This document shows positions 12,856-25,860 of a stretch of DNA of 64,000 bases, piece after piece. The notes under the pieces are model-generated. The model was not told the DNA's origin. It was given only the letters and a program-made list of their open reading frames with translations, and ran no database searches. Position numbers and translations under genes: made by a program. Origin of the DNA: Oopsacas minuta (taxonomy: Eukaryota; Animalia; Porifera); assembly GCA_024704765.1 (NCBI GenBank), contig JAKMXF010000077.1, positions 770,516 to 834,515 of the forward strand. The letters run 5' to 3'. Every line of letters begins with the position of its first letter. Within the stretch, counting starts at the first letter, position 1.

Positions 12856-14920
12856 AGAAGAAGTTAGCATCCAAATCAAATAAATAAACATGAACAATTC
12901 AATCGTGTGTATACCCAATTTCCGCATAACTAGAGAAAAAACCCGTTATTATTCGCAAGTATAGCGTTGGTGGATTACGAAAATGTCATCAGAATTGTAA
13001 AAATATGTGTGATTACTTAGCATTGAGGTTCAGAAAATTTTTCCATTCGTGTCAACTATAATGTGTTACTTGACCGGCTTCTCATTATTATTTTTATACA
13101 AACTTTCTTCTACATCCTATTGAGGGCTGGTTGATTTTGTTTAAACTTTCCATCAATAAGATTCTTACTTTTTGAACTATAGTATTTGGAAAAATTCAAT
13201 GAAGAAGTTAGGCTAGGGTCACTTCAGTCACTAATTTGTCTCACTTACACTCATCAGATTTAAACGAAATTAGTATCATTGGAAAGAGGAGAGTTGAATG
13301 GTTTAAGCAATATGATTTAAGCTTAAAACATTTGCTAGTAGTTACCTTTTTGGTCAAATCTTTTAGTGTCACGACTCCCTTGAATTTACCCACCTAAAAG
13401 TCAGAATTCGATTCTGAAACTATATATGCATACTTCAGTGATATGGACGTTTATGAAAATTCAATTTCATTAAAAAATATTAACAACTCGCGGAACTAGT
13501 GGAATTCAAACTTGAAGTTGGGAGTGAGAGTGGTAGCAGATGAATCATATTCTGCATAAAGTAGGGTCAGTTCAAACTTATGTTTCTTACCCTAAATCCG
13601 ACTAAATTCAATTATTTTAATGCTAATCGATAGTGAGATATAGATGTTTTGCACAGTATCGATATTTTCGTGAAACACTAAAAATTGTCACCAGCAACGA
13701 CCTGTAAAATCGATAAATTCTCAGGTTTTTTGTGTATTATGAATTCTAACTTTGAGATCAATTCTTGAAGTTATTTCTCATCACAATCTTCACAATTTAT
13801 AGATACCTTCTTTCGTACCATATAATTCAATTTCCTAAAATACAGGGAGGCACTAGTTCTTATTTTAATATTTGGTTGTAATATATTTTGAAGGGTTCAT
13901 TTTCATTTTGAGTCAAAAATAAACTTAATTCTTGTACATACAAGTTAATACTTACGTAACTAGTAACATTTGCTATAAATTTTGAAGGGTTGTGAAGAGA
14001 AATAACTTCAAGAATTGATCTCAAAGTTAGAATTCATAATACACAAAAAACCTGAGAATTTATCGATTTTACAGGTCGTTGCTGGTGACAATTTTTAGTG
14101 TTTCACGAAAATATCGATACTGTGCAAAACATCTATATCTCACTATCGATTAGCATTAAAATAATTGAATTTAGTCGGATTTAGGGTAAGAAACATAAGT
14201 TTGAACTGACCCTACTTTATGCAGAATATGATTCATCTGCTACCACTCTCACTCCCAACTTCAAGTTTGAATTCCACTAGTTCCGCGAGTTGTTAATATT
14301 TTTTAATGAAATTGAATTTTCATAAACGTCCATATCACTGAAGTATGCATATATAGTTTCAGAATCGAATTCTGACTTTTAGGTGGGTAAATTCAAGGGA
14401 GTCGTGACACTAAAAGATTTGACCAAAAAGGTAACTACTAGCAAATGTTTTAAGCTTAAATCATATTGCTTAAACCATTCAACTCTCCTCTTTCCAATGA
14501 TACTAATTTCGTTTAAATCTGATGAGTGTAAGTGAGACAAATTAGTGACTGAAGTGACCCTAGCCTAACTTCTTCATTGAATTTTTCCAAATACTATAGT
14601 TCAAAAAGTAAGAATCTTATTGATGGAAAGTTTAAACAAAATCAACCAGCCCTCAATAGGATGTAGAAGAAAGTTTGTATAAAAATAATAATGAGAAGCC
14701 GGTCAAGTAACACATTATAGTTGACACGAATGGAAAAATTTTCTGAACCTCAATGCTAAGTAATCACACATATTTTTACAATTCTGATGACATTTTCGTA
14801 ATCCACCAACGCTATACTTGCGAATAATAACGGTTTTTTTCTCTAGTTATGCGGAAATTGGGTATACACACGATTGAATTGTTCATGTTTATTTATTTGA
14901 TCTGGCTGCTAACTTCTTCT
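12856..14920. repeat. Long near-perfect inverted repeat (foldback element): arms 12856-13802 and 13973-14920 with a 170-bp spacer
   Basis: Line-by-line comparison shows exact reverse complementarity from about 12944 to 13779. There are 3 mismatches in the outer ~90 bp and several in the inner ~25 bp. TGGATAAGAT occurs as a direct repeat at 12842-12851 and 14924-14933. No long ORF. Confidence 0.97.
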
Positions 14921-15139
14921 ACGTGGATAAGATAGTTTGTGCATTGTTTTCATAGAATTCAAATAAAAGAAGGTGAATCATATATACAAATTTTTGATGA
15001 ATATCTTTTGTCTTAAATGTTGACCTCCTTTTTTGATACAGTAAACATTGATGAACACTTCGGAGGCAATCCAAACATATATGATTTGTATCCACTCAAC
15101 CTAATTTTTGAGCTATTAATAATTTTTTGTAATGTGATT

Positions 15140-15672
15140 TACATTTCAACGAGCCTTTGGCTCGTCGCTTCGCGATGAACTCGGTGCATTGCGCCTCGAG
15201 GTATTCAATGGACAAACCAACAGACAAACTACAATGAGATTTAATAATAATGCTGTTGTTTACAATATTTAGGCTCAGCTTACTCGATTATCCCAGTATA
15301 ATCATTGAAAGTATGATTCTACCTCAATTTTGAAATTTGTTTACTTTATGTACCTAAAAGTAAACAAATATTCACAATATGTTGTTTACAAAACATATTT
15401 AGACTTAGTATACTCGATTACCCCAGGATAGTCTTTTAAAATATTATTCTACCTCAATTTTGAAATTACTTTACTTTATATTTATAATACCAACAAATAA
15501 AATTTTGTATGATTAATACAAAAGTGTGAAAATCGGTTCAACATGTTCGATATATTTAGTGAAGTTTTTTGTATTCTAATTACTTCCTTGATAAACATGA
15601 TAAATACATAGTTAATCCTTTCCTTGACAACGGACAAACAAACAGACAATAATTGAGATTTAATAATATAGA
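15140..15672 (-). mobile_element. Helitron-like non-autonomous repeat(s)
   Basis: The - strand begins A|TCTATATTATTAAATCTCAATTATTGTCTGTTTGTTTGTCC, resembling Helitron-derived short elements. There is an internal ~135-bp tandem duplication. The 3' end is not clearly defined. Confidence 0.35.
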
Positions 15673-16245
15673 TTACTATATATTGGCTTACCTGAAATTA
15701 TGGTGAGTAACGCAGTAATAATATATATGACCACTTTTACATCAAAATCTTTTGTCATAATTTTCTGGGAAATTATTATTTCAATATATAATTCCTTATT
15801 GAATTATTGTAAGAAATTTCTTCTATATATATACAAAGCATATATTATGAGTCAAAGGATCAGATTTCATTTGGACTATACTCTTAGTCTTATCTTCAAA
15901 TGCTATTGTGTAATTCGATATATCGTTTTATCATCAAAATTCTTACTGGCGTCAAATTTGTATAATTTATGGTAAAAAATTGAGAATATGCAATATTATC
16001 ATACATTCCCTTGGCTAATATCCTCATAGATTCCCTTGGCTAATATCCTCATGGATTCCCTTTAGACATTGAACCTACCATATTTTGCTAACTTAATAGA
16101 ATTCAAATATATTCTCTCTATTTATGAATACTATTATATACTATCTGGCTATACGATTATCCAAAGCACTAGCTTCTAGAATTTTATATTTTTATATTTT
16201 TGAGGATGCATTCTATGTTATGATTATGCCCAAGTATCATTCATT

Positions 16246-16601
16246 ATGACAGATCTTCCTATATCTCTTGGAGAGCTACTCCATCTTCTAATCCAATCTA
16301 CATATCATGAATTATCACAACTCTCCGAATTGCTGCCTACAAGAACGGATATGGAACGGAAGATGCAGTTGGCTAAATTTTCGCGGAGAACAAATCATCA
16401 GTTTGTACGTTTGCTTGCTCTCGCTAATTGGGCTTCATCACCTGAAACTTCAAACAACCTTTCTACCTTCACTGCTCACTTAGATATGCAGTCAGGGATA
16501 TATGTTCAGACAGCCGACAAATTATATTTACAAGAAAAGCAAACGCTTAAAGGATCCGAACTGCCTCAGTTCTGTATTGTTAGTGCGGTTGACATCCTCA
16601 G
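16246..16601 (+). CDS. MED14: MED14 exon 1 (N-terminal MED14/Rgr1 domain)
   Basis: LIQSTYHELSQLSELLPTRTDMERK...FVRLLALANWA...QTADKL...LPQF...AVDIL matches the conserved N-terminus (YHEL..L.ELLP..TD.ERK, RLLAL.KWA, TAD.L). Donor CTCAG|GTTTGT, phase 2. Confidence 0.93.
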
Positions 16602-18044
16602 GTTTGTGGTTCTGTATCCTATTCAATCTTAATTTAAGGATCATTTCGAATTGTTTTTTAATTTTTTGAAATAACAACTGTCCATTGCTAAACAGAAAAT
16701 TGGCACTTGATTCGGAAATGCGGACACTTGGTGGAAGGATATTTCGTGTAACAGATATTTGTCTTCCTTCGACCATCTAATGGAGCGCTATATATTCATG
16801 ATTTCACCATTCTTTTGCGTCGAGTTGTTATAAGGAGCCTATGAATTCATAATCACATGGCGTAATCTGCAGGGGTTCCAGCCACCCCCATTATTACTTG
16901 TGAGTAATACACCTGATGTTGTAGAACGCCTAATTACTGTAGTAATTTGTGCCACCACTCCCATGTATTTTCCAGGTTGACCCCCTGATCTTCAAAATAT
17001 AGTATCAGGGTTCCAACTAACCGCGGGATTCTCCTGATTTTACCTTTTTTCTTCCCTCCACCCGCCAAAATCTCCCTGTTTCGGAAATTGTTTGAATATT
17101 TCTATACTTTGATATCTACTTATAAGAAAATATCCGGGTTTTATTTCTTCTAACTGCTATAAATTATACACTGTTCAACAACAAAATTCAAAAGGATACA
17201 AGCTACATTCTACTGGGTGCTATTGTCTATTCTGATTCCGTAAATAATCACTTTTTCTCCATCACTTCGAGGTTTGTGGAAATCTCATTTCAATTATCGC
17301 AACTCTTTTGCAATTTTTCTCACAACTTTATCTTAGAGCTTCAGAAATTGATAATTATTTCTGTATATTTGAATTCCATGACTTTATTATTCGTGGTGTA
17401 TGCGTTATGTGCCTCATTTCTTTATTTCTAGCCAAGTGAGTGGTCTTTCGGTATTCAATCTATTCAATTTTCGAAGTGTTCGATCAGGTGATGGCCCATT
17501 CTCATCATAACTTCGCCAACCTAAATTGTCCTAATCTCCGGCTATTTATCTATTTTACAGCTTCTAATAGTTGGTGTGCATACATTCTGAATACAACTAC
17601 TTGATTTGTTTAGTAGTTTCTGATATACGGATTACCAAATATGCCAACGTCATCACAACATTATGTCACTAAGACACCAATAATCGAATATTAGCTTGCA
17701 ATTTGTGTGAATATACGAGTAAGGAATCTACAATCTTTATTGGAAACGAACATGTCAAATATTTTCTTCCTTAAAAACCAAAGTTGTCCTCACCTATAAT
17801 CTAGACCTGAATATTCTAGGATTTTGGTGAACAGTGGTCATAATTTAGTTGACGTCAAATACTCGCATTAAATTTGGAATATTTTCAGTATGTCTAGGTG
17901 ATATTTAAAATTTCATACTCGAAGGGGCTAGGTATCTGCATTGATCGTTGCTAATGAAATTTGTAGTTTCATAGCTCATATGTACACATATTACAAGCTA
18001 ATATTCGAGTATTGCAGTCTTAATGACGTAACACATATTTGACT

Positions 18045-20153
18045 CAGGGCCGGATTAAGGCAATTGCTATTTAGGCTGTAGCCTAGGGACCTAAATTATA
18101 TTTTGGTAGAGATGAAACCAATACTAATATACTTATTTGTATGTTATCAAATTTCCCAACCCACTTATCACTTATTCCCTGGATTTAATTATGCGAATAA
18201 CATAAACTTTTCCCTTTTTTATGAAATAAAACGCCATGAATAATCATTTTATGGTCAAAACTGTTTATTACACTGTGCTAAACCTCATTTGATTGAATAA
18301 ACTACCTAAACTGTCTTTTAGACTCTAATTTAGGATTTCCAGACTATGATTTGATTAAATTGTACACACAGTAAATATTCAGAGCCTTCATAAATAAAGA
18401 TCTATAATCGTACAATTGACTCAAAAACCAGACGTTATTTAGTAAGAAATTTAGCATTCATTCCTAATATATATATGTATTAAATAATATTAAAATTCAG
18501 TTTACTAAAAGGGGGTATATACTTGTATAGTTTGATTAACCCAGCTTAAACTAGAAAAACCCGGTTTAAACCTGGTTTTACCCACTGGGCGGGCTAAACC
18601 TATTTAACCCGGGTTAAGCTCCAACTCTGCTGGATTTTCCAACCATTTCCTTGGATTATAAGCCAAATCCCTGGATAATCCAGGGTACCTTGGTGTTTGA
18701 CTGGCAAGTATGTGGTAATTATTATCCTCGTCTCCTCAGAGTACATTCTCAAATTCGCCTACCTTCACTAGATTGTATTTGTCTTTATTATGACTGTGAA
18801 TTCGATTATAGTATTTTTACCATCCCTCTATATGGCTCTAGTTTATTGCCCATAACTTTGGATGAATATGATGAATTCTTAATACTTCCATTCAAAAAGC
18901 AGAACTTTAGTTTGAAGGCTAGAATCGTGCACATTTATCTTGAGTTACACCCATATGGAATTTTCTTCTCCAAACAATAATGCATGGCCGTAGGGGACGG
19001 TCTGTTGGTCAGGTTTCAACCGGACCAACATTTGGTGGCTCGATATATTTTTATAGGTCAACCTGATCAATAAAAAACTGCTTGCTATGGCCCTGTAACT
19101 ACCTCACTAAGTGACATTTTGTTATTGCCTCCTTGAGGAAGTATAGCATTTCCCCAAAGATTTACCTCAATTTTCAAATAGATGTTTTCTTTACGCGCAT
19201 AGATCTTACTTTGCAGAAATACAGACTGAATTTTATGTTTAAAACTTTTTGAAGATGATTACTTGGGTGTGATCTAAGTCCTTCTATACAATCTAAATAC
19301 TCGAGGGAGTAATTTTGTTTCCCAGAGGATCTGGTTTTTAGGGTTTTTCATGTTTGGCCTTTGAAAATGCAATGTGTGTAGTGAATGATTTACAACTAGA
19401 TTAATTGAACATTCACGGATAGCATATGCATTTAATCTAATATTCCTAAATGAGGAGCAAAGTAAGTGATAAATAGTAAATAGTATATTATAATCTCGTC
19501 GAATCTCAATGAGAAGTTATAGGCTAATTTCTAATTTTTCTTTATTTAAACATGGACCAATTATAATAGTAGACTATCTATTGAATATAATAATACATAT
19601 AATTCTAATAGTAATTACGATAGAATAGTTACCATGTCTCACGAATTTGCACACAATTTTACTTTCATTTTAACTTTCTCACTAGAATTTTGTGAGGAAT
19701 TTGAAGTTAATCCAGTGGTTAACGAAATACACTAATATGCTATTATGAAGGGTAAGATTCCAATCAGTTATCCATTTATATCAAAAACTTCAGAAATCCA
19801 ACTGTTGCCAAGGAAATCTCACTGATCAATATTTACAAAAGTTGACGGCTATGTAGTAGCAAAGATTAATGACCCACCACATGCAATGGAGCTCGCATCA
19901 TAGTTCGTCGGGTTTTGCACGAGAAAACTTGCAAATAAGCCAATTTATTTATACATAAATCCCTATACCTTTGCTCCGTGTTAACTGAAAAAACTTGCTA
20001 ATAAGCGAATCTTGCTAATAAGGCAATTGCTAATAGACGAACTCTACTGTACAAAGTAAACGTACGTATTTCCGAATATTTATCAATAATGTTGTGAATA
20101 CGACCCCGATCTGAAATTAGCTTAGGGCCCCTAACTACCTTAATCCTGCCCTG
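18045..20153. mobile_element. 2.1-kb hAT-type element, degenerate, with nested smaller repeats
   Basis: TIRs CAGGGCCGGATTAAGG / CCTTAATCCTGCCCTG. The 8-bp flanks are ATTTGACT and ATTTGGCC (6/8). No intact ORF. Confidence 0.7.
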
Positions 20154-22519
20154 ATTTGGCCAAATATCTGAAAATATTTAATTTATCAAGTAGTTTTCTT
20201 CAGGACCTATTCACCCGAAATATTGGAAGCTATAAAATAGATTAATAGCTGGTTAGAAATTTAGGACAATAGTTTGGCGAAGTTATGGTGAGAGTGGGGC
20301 GTCACCTGACCGAAACCTTTAAAATTCGAATTGTTTTAATGCAGTATGACCAAATACTTGGCTAATATCTAGAAATGAAGTGTATAAAGCATACATCACT
20401 AAAGATTTGTCATGGAATGTATATATACGAAATAATTATCAATTTCTGAACCTCTAAAATAAAGCTGTGAGAAAAATTGCAAAAGAATAGCTATAATTGA
20501 AATGAGAATTTCCAAAAACCCAAACGTTATGGAGAATAATTGATGTTATTGAGGAATCAAAATGGACAACCCTAACCGGAATATTTTATTTATGTTTTAT
20601 TTATTATCGAAATTGTTGGGCATTGTTATTACAATAATTGATAAAACGTAAAGGGAGGAGTATGTCCTAGCCGAGAGTACCTAACTTTGTCATAAATATA
20701 TATTTTTTCGTTTAGATTCTTCTTACTTATAGGGGGTGGCGCGAGGTCGTGCATTCGTTTTACCTTCCGCAATGATGCGCCAGGAATTCGCCACCTGGCG
20801 AACATTGATGCATTACTAGTTTGAAAATGGGGAAGGGTGTTGTTACATAGCTCTAGGACTCTTTGTGCATTATTATCCCTTGGAATGTTCATACATCATT
20901 TCAAATCCCCTTGATGGGTGGATACTAGGTATACTATTATTAACTTTGGTCCAAGTATGTGAAAATTATAATGCATAAGGCCTTAGTCGAAGAAAACAAA
21001 GTTTTGTTTAAGGAAGAACAAAGGGTGAAGGAACACGTCCCCCCAATAAACGACTGCTAGTGAACCTAACCAAAGGTGTTGTTTTTTAGCACTTTGGGAG
21101 CCTCCGGCACATTTGAAACAAATTTTTAGATTCAATTCATGACTGGTTGATTCAATCATGAACTCGGTTAATTTGTATTCTGCTAATACGTGCGTGTGTG
21201 ACGTTTAACAACTTGACGTAAATGTCGAAGATTATATTATGCTATGATAGGTTTCAAAGTTGTCAAGGGGTCCGCCACCAAATATTATCCTGTGTCGCGA
21301 ATCCGCCACCTCACCTATCGTCCTGGCGGCGCCCCTGACAATTAGGTATAACATCATTAATTTGTTAAATTAAATTTAGTGAACTCAAAATCATTATTTC
21401 TGGGGGAGTTCTCTAACCCTCATTATGAAACCCTTCCACTTTACTATGTTTTGTTCATTTCTATTCATTCTTGTGTCTAACAGTGTTTGGAAGACTGGCC
21501 CTTTTTGAAGTCCACTCCGATTCGCTCCTCAGTAATGATTTAGATCTTCCGCTGCCCTTCCTTCGCTGGCTGCGGAGGTGGTTTGCTGTAAGCAGCGCTA
21601 CCCCCCTTGCACTGGATCGGATTACTAAGTTATTTATGTGCACATTTTAATGAATTATATCAAGAGATGGGTAACTAAAATTTAATGTAAATATATGATG
21701 AATTCGAGGCAGCAGTTAATAATTTAGATCTATCCATTAATGGGCAATCCAACTTTTAACATTTTCCATAAATAACCTGTTCCTCCGACCTTTAACCAAT
21801 ACATGTAGTAATCAGTCCATAGGGGCCAGGGTGTATCCACCCGTATTGAACACCTTTAAATACACATGGTTTTCGGTGATTATTTATCCAGACGTATAAT
21901 ATTCCGAATTCAAACTTACTAAATAATGATTATATCATTCTATTCAAAATTAATAAAATAATTGCGTATATTTTGCGTCTCTTGCTTTTATACGCTATTT
22001 AATTAATGAGCTCTCGATTATGGGTAAAACTCCCAACAGAATGCCAAACATTCCCATTTTCAAGTTCTAGAGGTTGGCATCCCACAGGGGGTTATTTTGG
22101 GTAAATATTTCCAGTAGGCTACAACTTCAACAACTTTTATTATTTTCCCCTGAATTTTTGGCTACTCTGGTTTTAACTAAATACAATTTATTTTGGCATG
22201 TCAGATTTTGAGAATAAGTTAGTATTTGAAAATTATGATGTTGTATTTAATTTCCAATTATATTCAATTTTATTTCCTTTCTTATAATTCATTACTATAT
22301 AGGATATTCATAATTGTATCTTGTTTCAATAACGAATACTAGAAAATATGCAGCGCATTAGTTTTGAAGAATTTTATCCCAATCTTGTATGAAGCATAAT
22401 ATTGTTATTCGGATATGTTGTATAGGAATGTTATATATTATGTCAACTCCACAAAAATATTTAAATCTAAATTAGTGTATATCTAATTATTTCACATAAA
22501 TTATAGTCATACAAAGCTG

Positions 22520-23270
22520 TAAAATGACACTTAAACTTCATGAAGTAAATGAAATATTTCTGGATACTAAACGGGGCAATCGAAATACCAAACTAGATTT
22601 CAATTTGGCAAGTAGAATAATTGAAGAAAAGTTGAAATTGACTAACAATTACAAACGTTCTCAAAAGATGTGAAAAACCACAATTAAGGTGCTCGGCTTA
22701 GATAAACAATGGACCACGATCAGTTCGAAAATAATCTTGAAGAATTAGTTCTTAAGCCTCAGGACTATATTACACGTACTGTAACTCCAGCTCAAAGTTG
22801 GCCTGTTGGTCTCTAATTCGTGATTTCTTACAACTCTAATACTTCCATCCAATTTACCCATCAGTATCAAATCCAATTGGAGTAACAGTTAACTACAATG
22901 ACCACATAATAAATCTCTTTAGAAGTACATCACACTCTATACAATCTACTGAAGAATCCCCATTGTACTCGCTCAACTTTATGGTTAAACATGGTGTAGA
23001 TGGGTCAAAAAGTCACAGTGTATTTAATCTTAGATCTCAAACAGCTCACGATCGTTCACATTCTCTCTTGTTTATGGTTTCTCTTCTTGAATTGAAAGCT
23101 TATCAAGGGAATTTATCTAGTCAAATTAATACCCAAATTCTAGATTCTCCAACCAGCCAATCGCATTGCTATCACTAAAAGAGAACATTGAAAGTGTCAC
23201 TACTCTAATGAATTTCTTGAATCTACAAATTGACGAACTCCCATCTTCGAGAATGAAAGTGGACTTGTGA
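22520..23270 (+). pseudogene. Second Transib/RAG1-like transposase fragment, in MED14 intron 1
   Basis: NPIGVTVNY, MVKHGVDGSKSHSVF (first catalytic Asp at about 22999), SLLFMVSLLEL and QPIALLSLKENIE occur in the expected order. The fragment ends where the 23275 repeat begins. Confidence 0.65.
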
Positions 23271-23274
23271 GTAA

Positions 23275-23810
23275 TAGTTGAGTTAAACATTACATCAACA
23301 TTGTATCATTTAGCTTGACATACCATAGTAATTAAAAGTATAGAATGGAATGTTGGTATAATTATGGTTTCGCTCAACAAATGTTTATAGAATAGCTATA
23401 TTATATAGTGTGTTAGGCGTATAATATCCTGAATAGTGCGAGAAATTGCGAGAAACTTTTATTCACAACAAATACGTTCGCATTATTCATATTATATAAC
23501 CTATAATTATGCTGTATCATCACAAAGTTCAAGTAGAGATAATTAATGAAAATTCACATAAATTGGGTTTGAGCTGTAAAAGTAACATTAGAACTACACC
23601 TAGTGTAAGTTTGATAGTATTATGAAGGTTGAAATATATTTATAGGACTTTAGGTTGAGTGAACAAAATGTGATTTCAAAAGGCCCGAAAATTAACATAA
23701 TTTGGTGAGACTTTGAGATAGTACAACACTCATGTAAGTTGATTCAGATCAAACGTAATTGTAAATTTGGATACACCTTCATATTTTTAATCATTCTCAA
23801 TGTATACATT
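23275..23810. repeat. ~540-bp dispersed repeat, copy A
   Basis: Reverse-complement homologue at 59095-59620, with shared blocks such as GGGTTTGAGCTGTAAAAGTAACATTAGAACTACACC and GTAAATTTGGATACACCT. Confidence 0.85.
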
Positions 23811-25129
23811 GACAAGATATAAATATGAAATTTCCCCTACTGGATATGCATTTTTGTCTGATTATACTGAGAAACTGTAAATCCCCAGGGCTGTTTTTGG
23901 TATACAATTGGGATTTTTTATCTGGATTCGACATGTATTGGGCGAAAATTCACAAATTTGAAGGAAATATTACTATTAGAGTTAGAGAGCACATTATTAA
24001 GCATTGCTCAGCCAAGATACATATCAGATGGTTGGACTTTCAATCACAGTTAACCCTCATTATGCCCAATGCCACCACGTTAATTTTAGCCAAACATTGC
24101 TTAACTCTAGGATACAAAGCTACTTAGCAGCTACAATGTCATCGCAACATACATGTAATTTGGATCGTGCTCAGAAAACTACCCTTTTTTTATATTCGAT
24201 CGTGGTAGTTTGAAATACCCGCATTTTCTGGCTTTCTGCCATTTTTTCTAGCTGGCCATTGTCACAAACATTATGACCAAAAATATTCTAAAACCCCTTC
24301 ACAGAAACTGGAATATTTTTCAGAGGATAAAGGTGGAGTAAATCTAAGAAACTCGGTTCAAAGTATTTTAAAGGACTTGAGAGATCCTCGAACAACAGCT
24401 ATGCGTTAAGATAAGACGTAATACCACTTCTAATACTTGAATTGTTTTTAGAAATCTATCTATGATAGAATACTAGATTTCTCAAGATTATATTTCTCTA
24501 GCGTGTTTAATGTTGAGATACGTATTGGAACATCCTATCACTTGTGAGACAAGTATATCATTCTGAGAATATGTTGGAAATTATGTAGATATAGCAGAAA
24601 TTAAATGCTTATCGCATTTTTCATTGTTTATGATATATTTACGTCAAAAATGTTTTATTTTTGAAACTAATGTGCCATGCATAATTGTCCCATTTATCAA
24701 TGTTGCAGATCTTCCAATACTTCTGGCCAGGGGTGTATGTGGTCTACCTTCCAAATTTGGTGGCCTTTTCTGCTGAGGAAAATCCGGTTTTTCCAGGATT
24801 GTCTTTTCTAGCAAACACTGATTTCATTGACCATAGTTAATATATTCATAGGCTTCCAGTTTTGTTGTGAATTCGAGGCGCTTAGTTCCGATTCTGTCCT
24901 GTAGCGACCTTGTAGTCGAAGAGCGGTAGTTCTCATTATGTTTACTGTCATTTATTGTTCTTACGAAGTCACCTTACATCCAAATATACTTCAAATTTCT
25001 ATTCCATCATTACCCATTTTAATCCGATCTTTCACGATTTTGACTCAGCCATTATGACCCGATATTGTATTATGGTAACTTCAATATTCTTTAGAGATGT
25101 AAAATCGAAATGCATTGAAGTACAAAATT

Positions 25130-25860
25130 ATGCATTGTGGAGGGAGTTAGAAATATGTTGTACAACATGGTGAATGGAATGACATTTGTATATTTTTGTA
25201 GCTGAGGCTTTAATTTCTACTATTTTAATATGTCTGTCTTTGAAACACTTGCATTGTTCGTCCTGCATCCCATTCCAGTAACTACACAGTTGCATTTCGA
25301 AAGACATTGACTGCAACATTTATATTCTTGGTGCACAGCCTCACGAAGTCAAACTTCCTCAACTTGACTTATGCCCTGATAATTTTTGGGGAACATCAAT
25401 TGATTCCTCGTGAAATGTGCTTCAAGTCTCCCCAAACGAACTACTATGCGATACAATACTCAATAATCTTGATCCAGGATAATACCCAATATGTTACGTT
25501 AGTTATGTTTAACATGATCAACTAAATGTATTCTATTTTTCTCGCAATCGCTAGGATCACCAACTGGTTCAAGTCAACTGCATTGAAACATACTTTTACT
25601 CTGTTTTACTGAGCCATTTTGAGCTCTCTTACGTTAGATAGCAATATTTTGGTGCATTTTTCAAGGTAGTCCGTTAATTTACCTTCTAAATTATTCATAG
25701 GCTGAGATGTATATATATAACCACGGTACAGCTGTTCAGATTAGCATTATTGGCTACAACTAGAGGATAAGCTGAGTACAACTCTTCTTGGATTCTATGT
25801 GTTTTGATGCCTCAAAGGAGAGTATATTTGATCATAGTCCAATTCGTGGCTCATTTCTAG
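25130..25860 (-). pseudogene. C-terminal relic of a Ginger2/KRBA2-SCAND3-like integrase-type transposase
   Basis: - strand fragments in order: YSP(F)EA, RKRAQNGSVKQSKSM, RNILGII, LREAV and a Cys-rich tail (CSQCLSKCNC..GCRT..CKCFK..KCH). Confidence 0.55.

Noticed and set aside
9700-15100. ProtoRAG-like system (RAG1L plus RAG2L between RSS-like TIRs)
   Set aside because: No kelch/PHD RAG2-like coding sequence and no CACAGTG/CACAATG-type termini were found around the relic.
20731-20830. GC-rich island after a polypyrimidine-AG, as a possible nested exon
   Set aside because: All three + strand frames close within ~100 nt and no recognisable motif was found.
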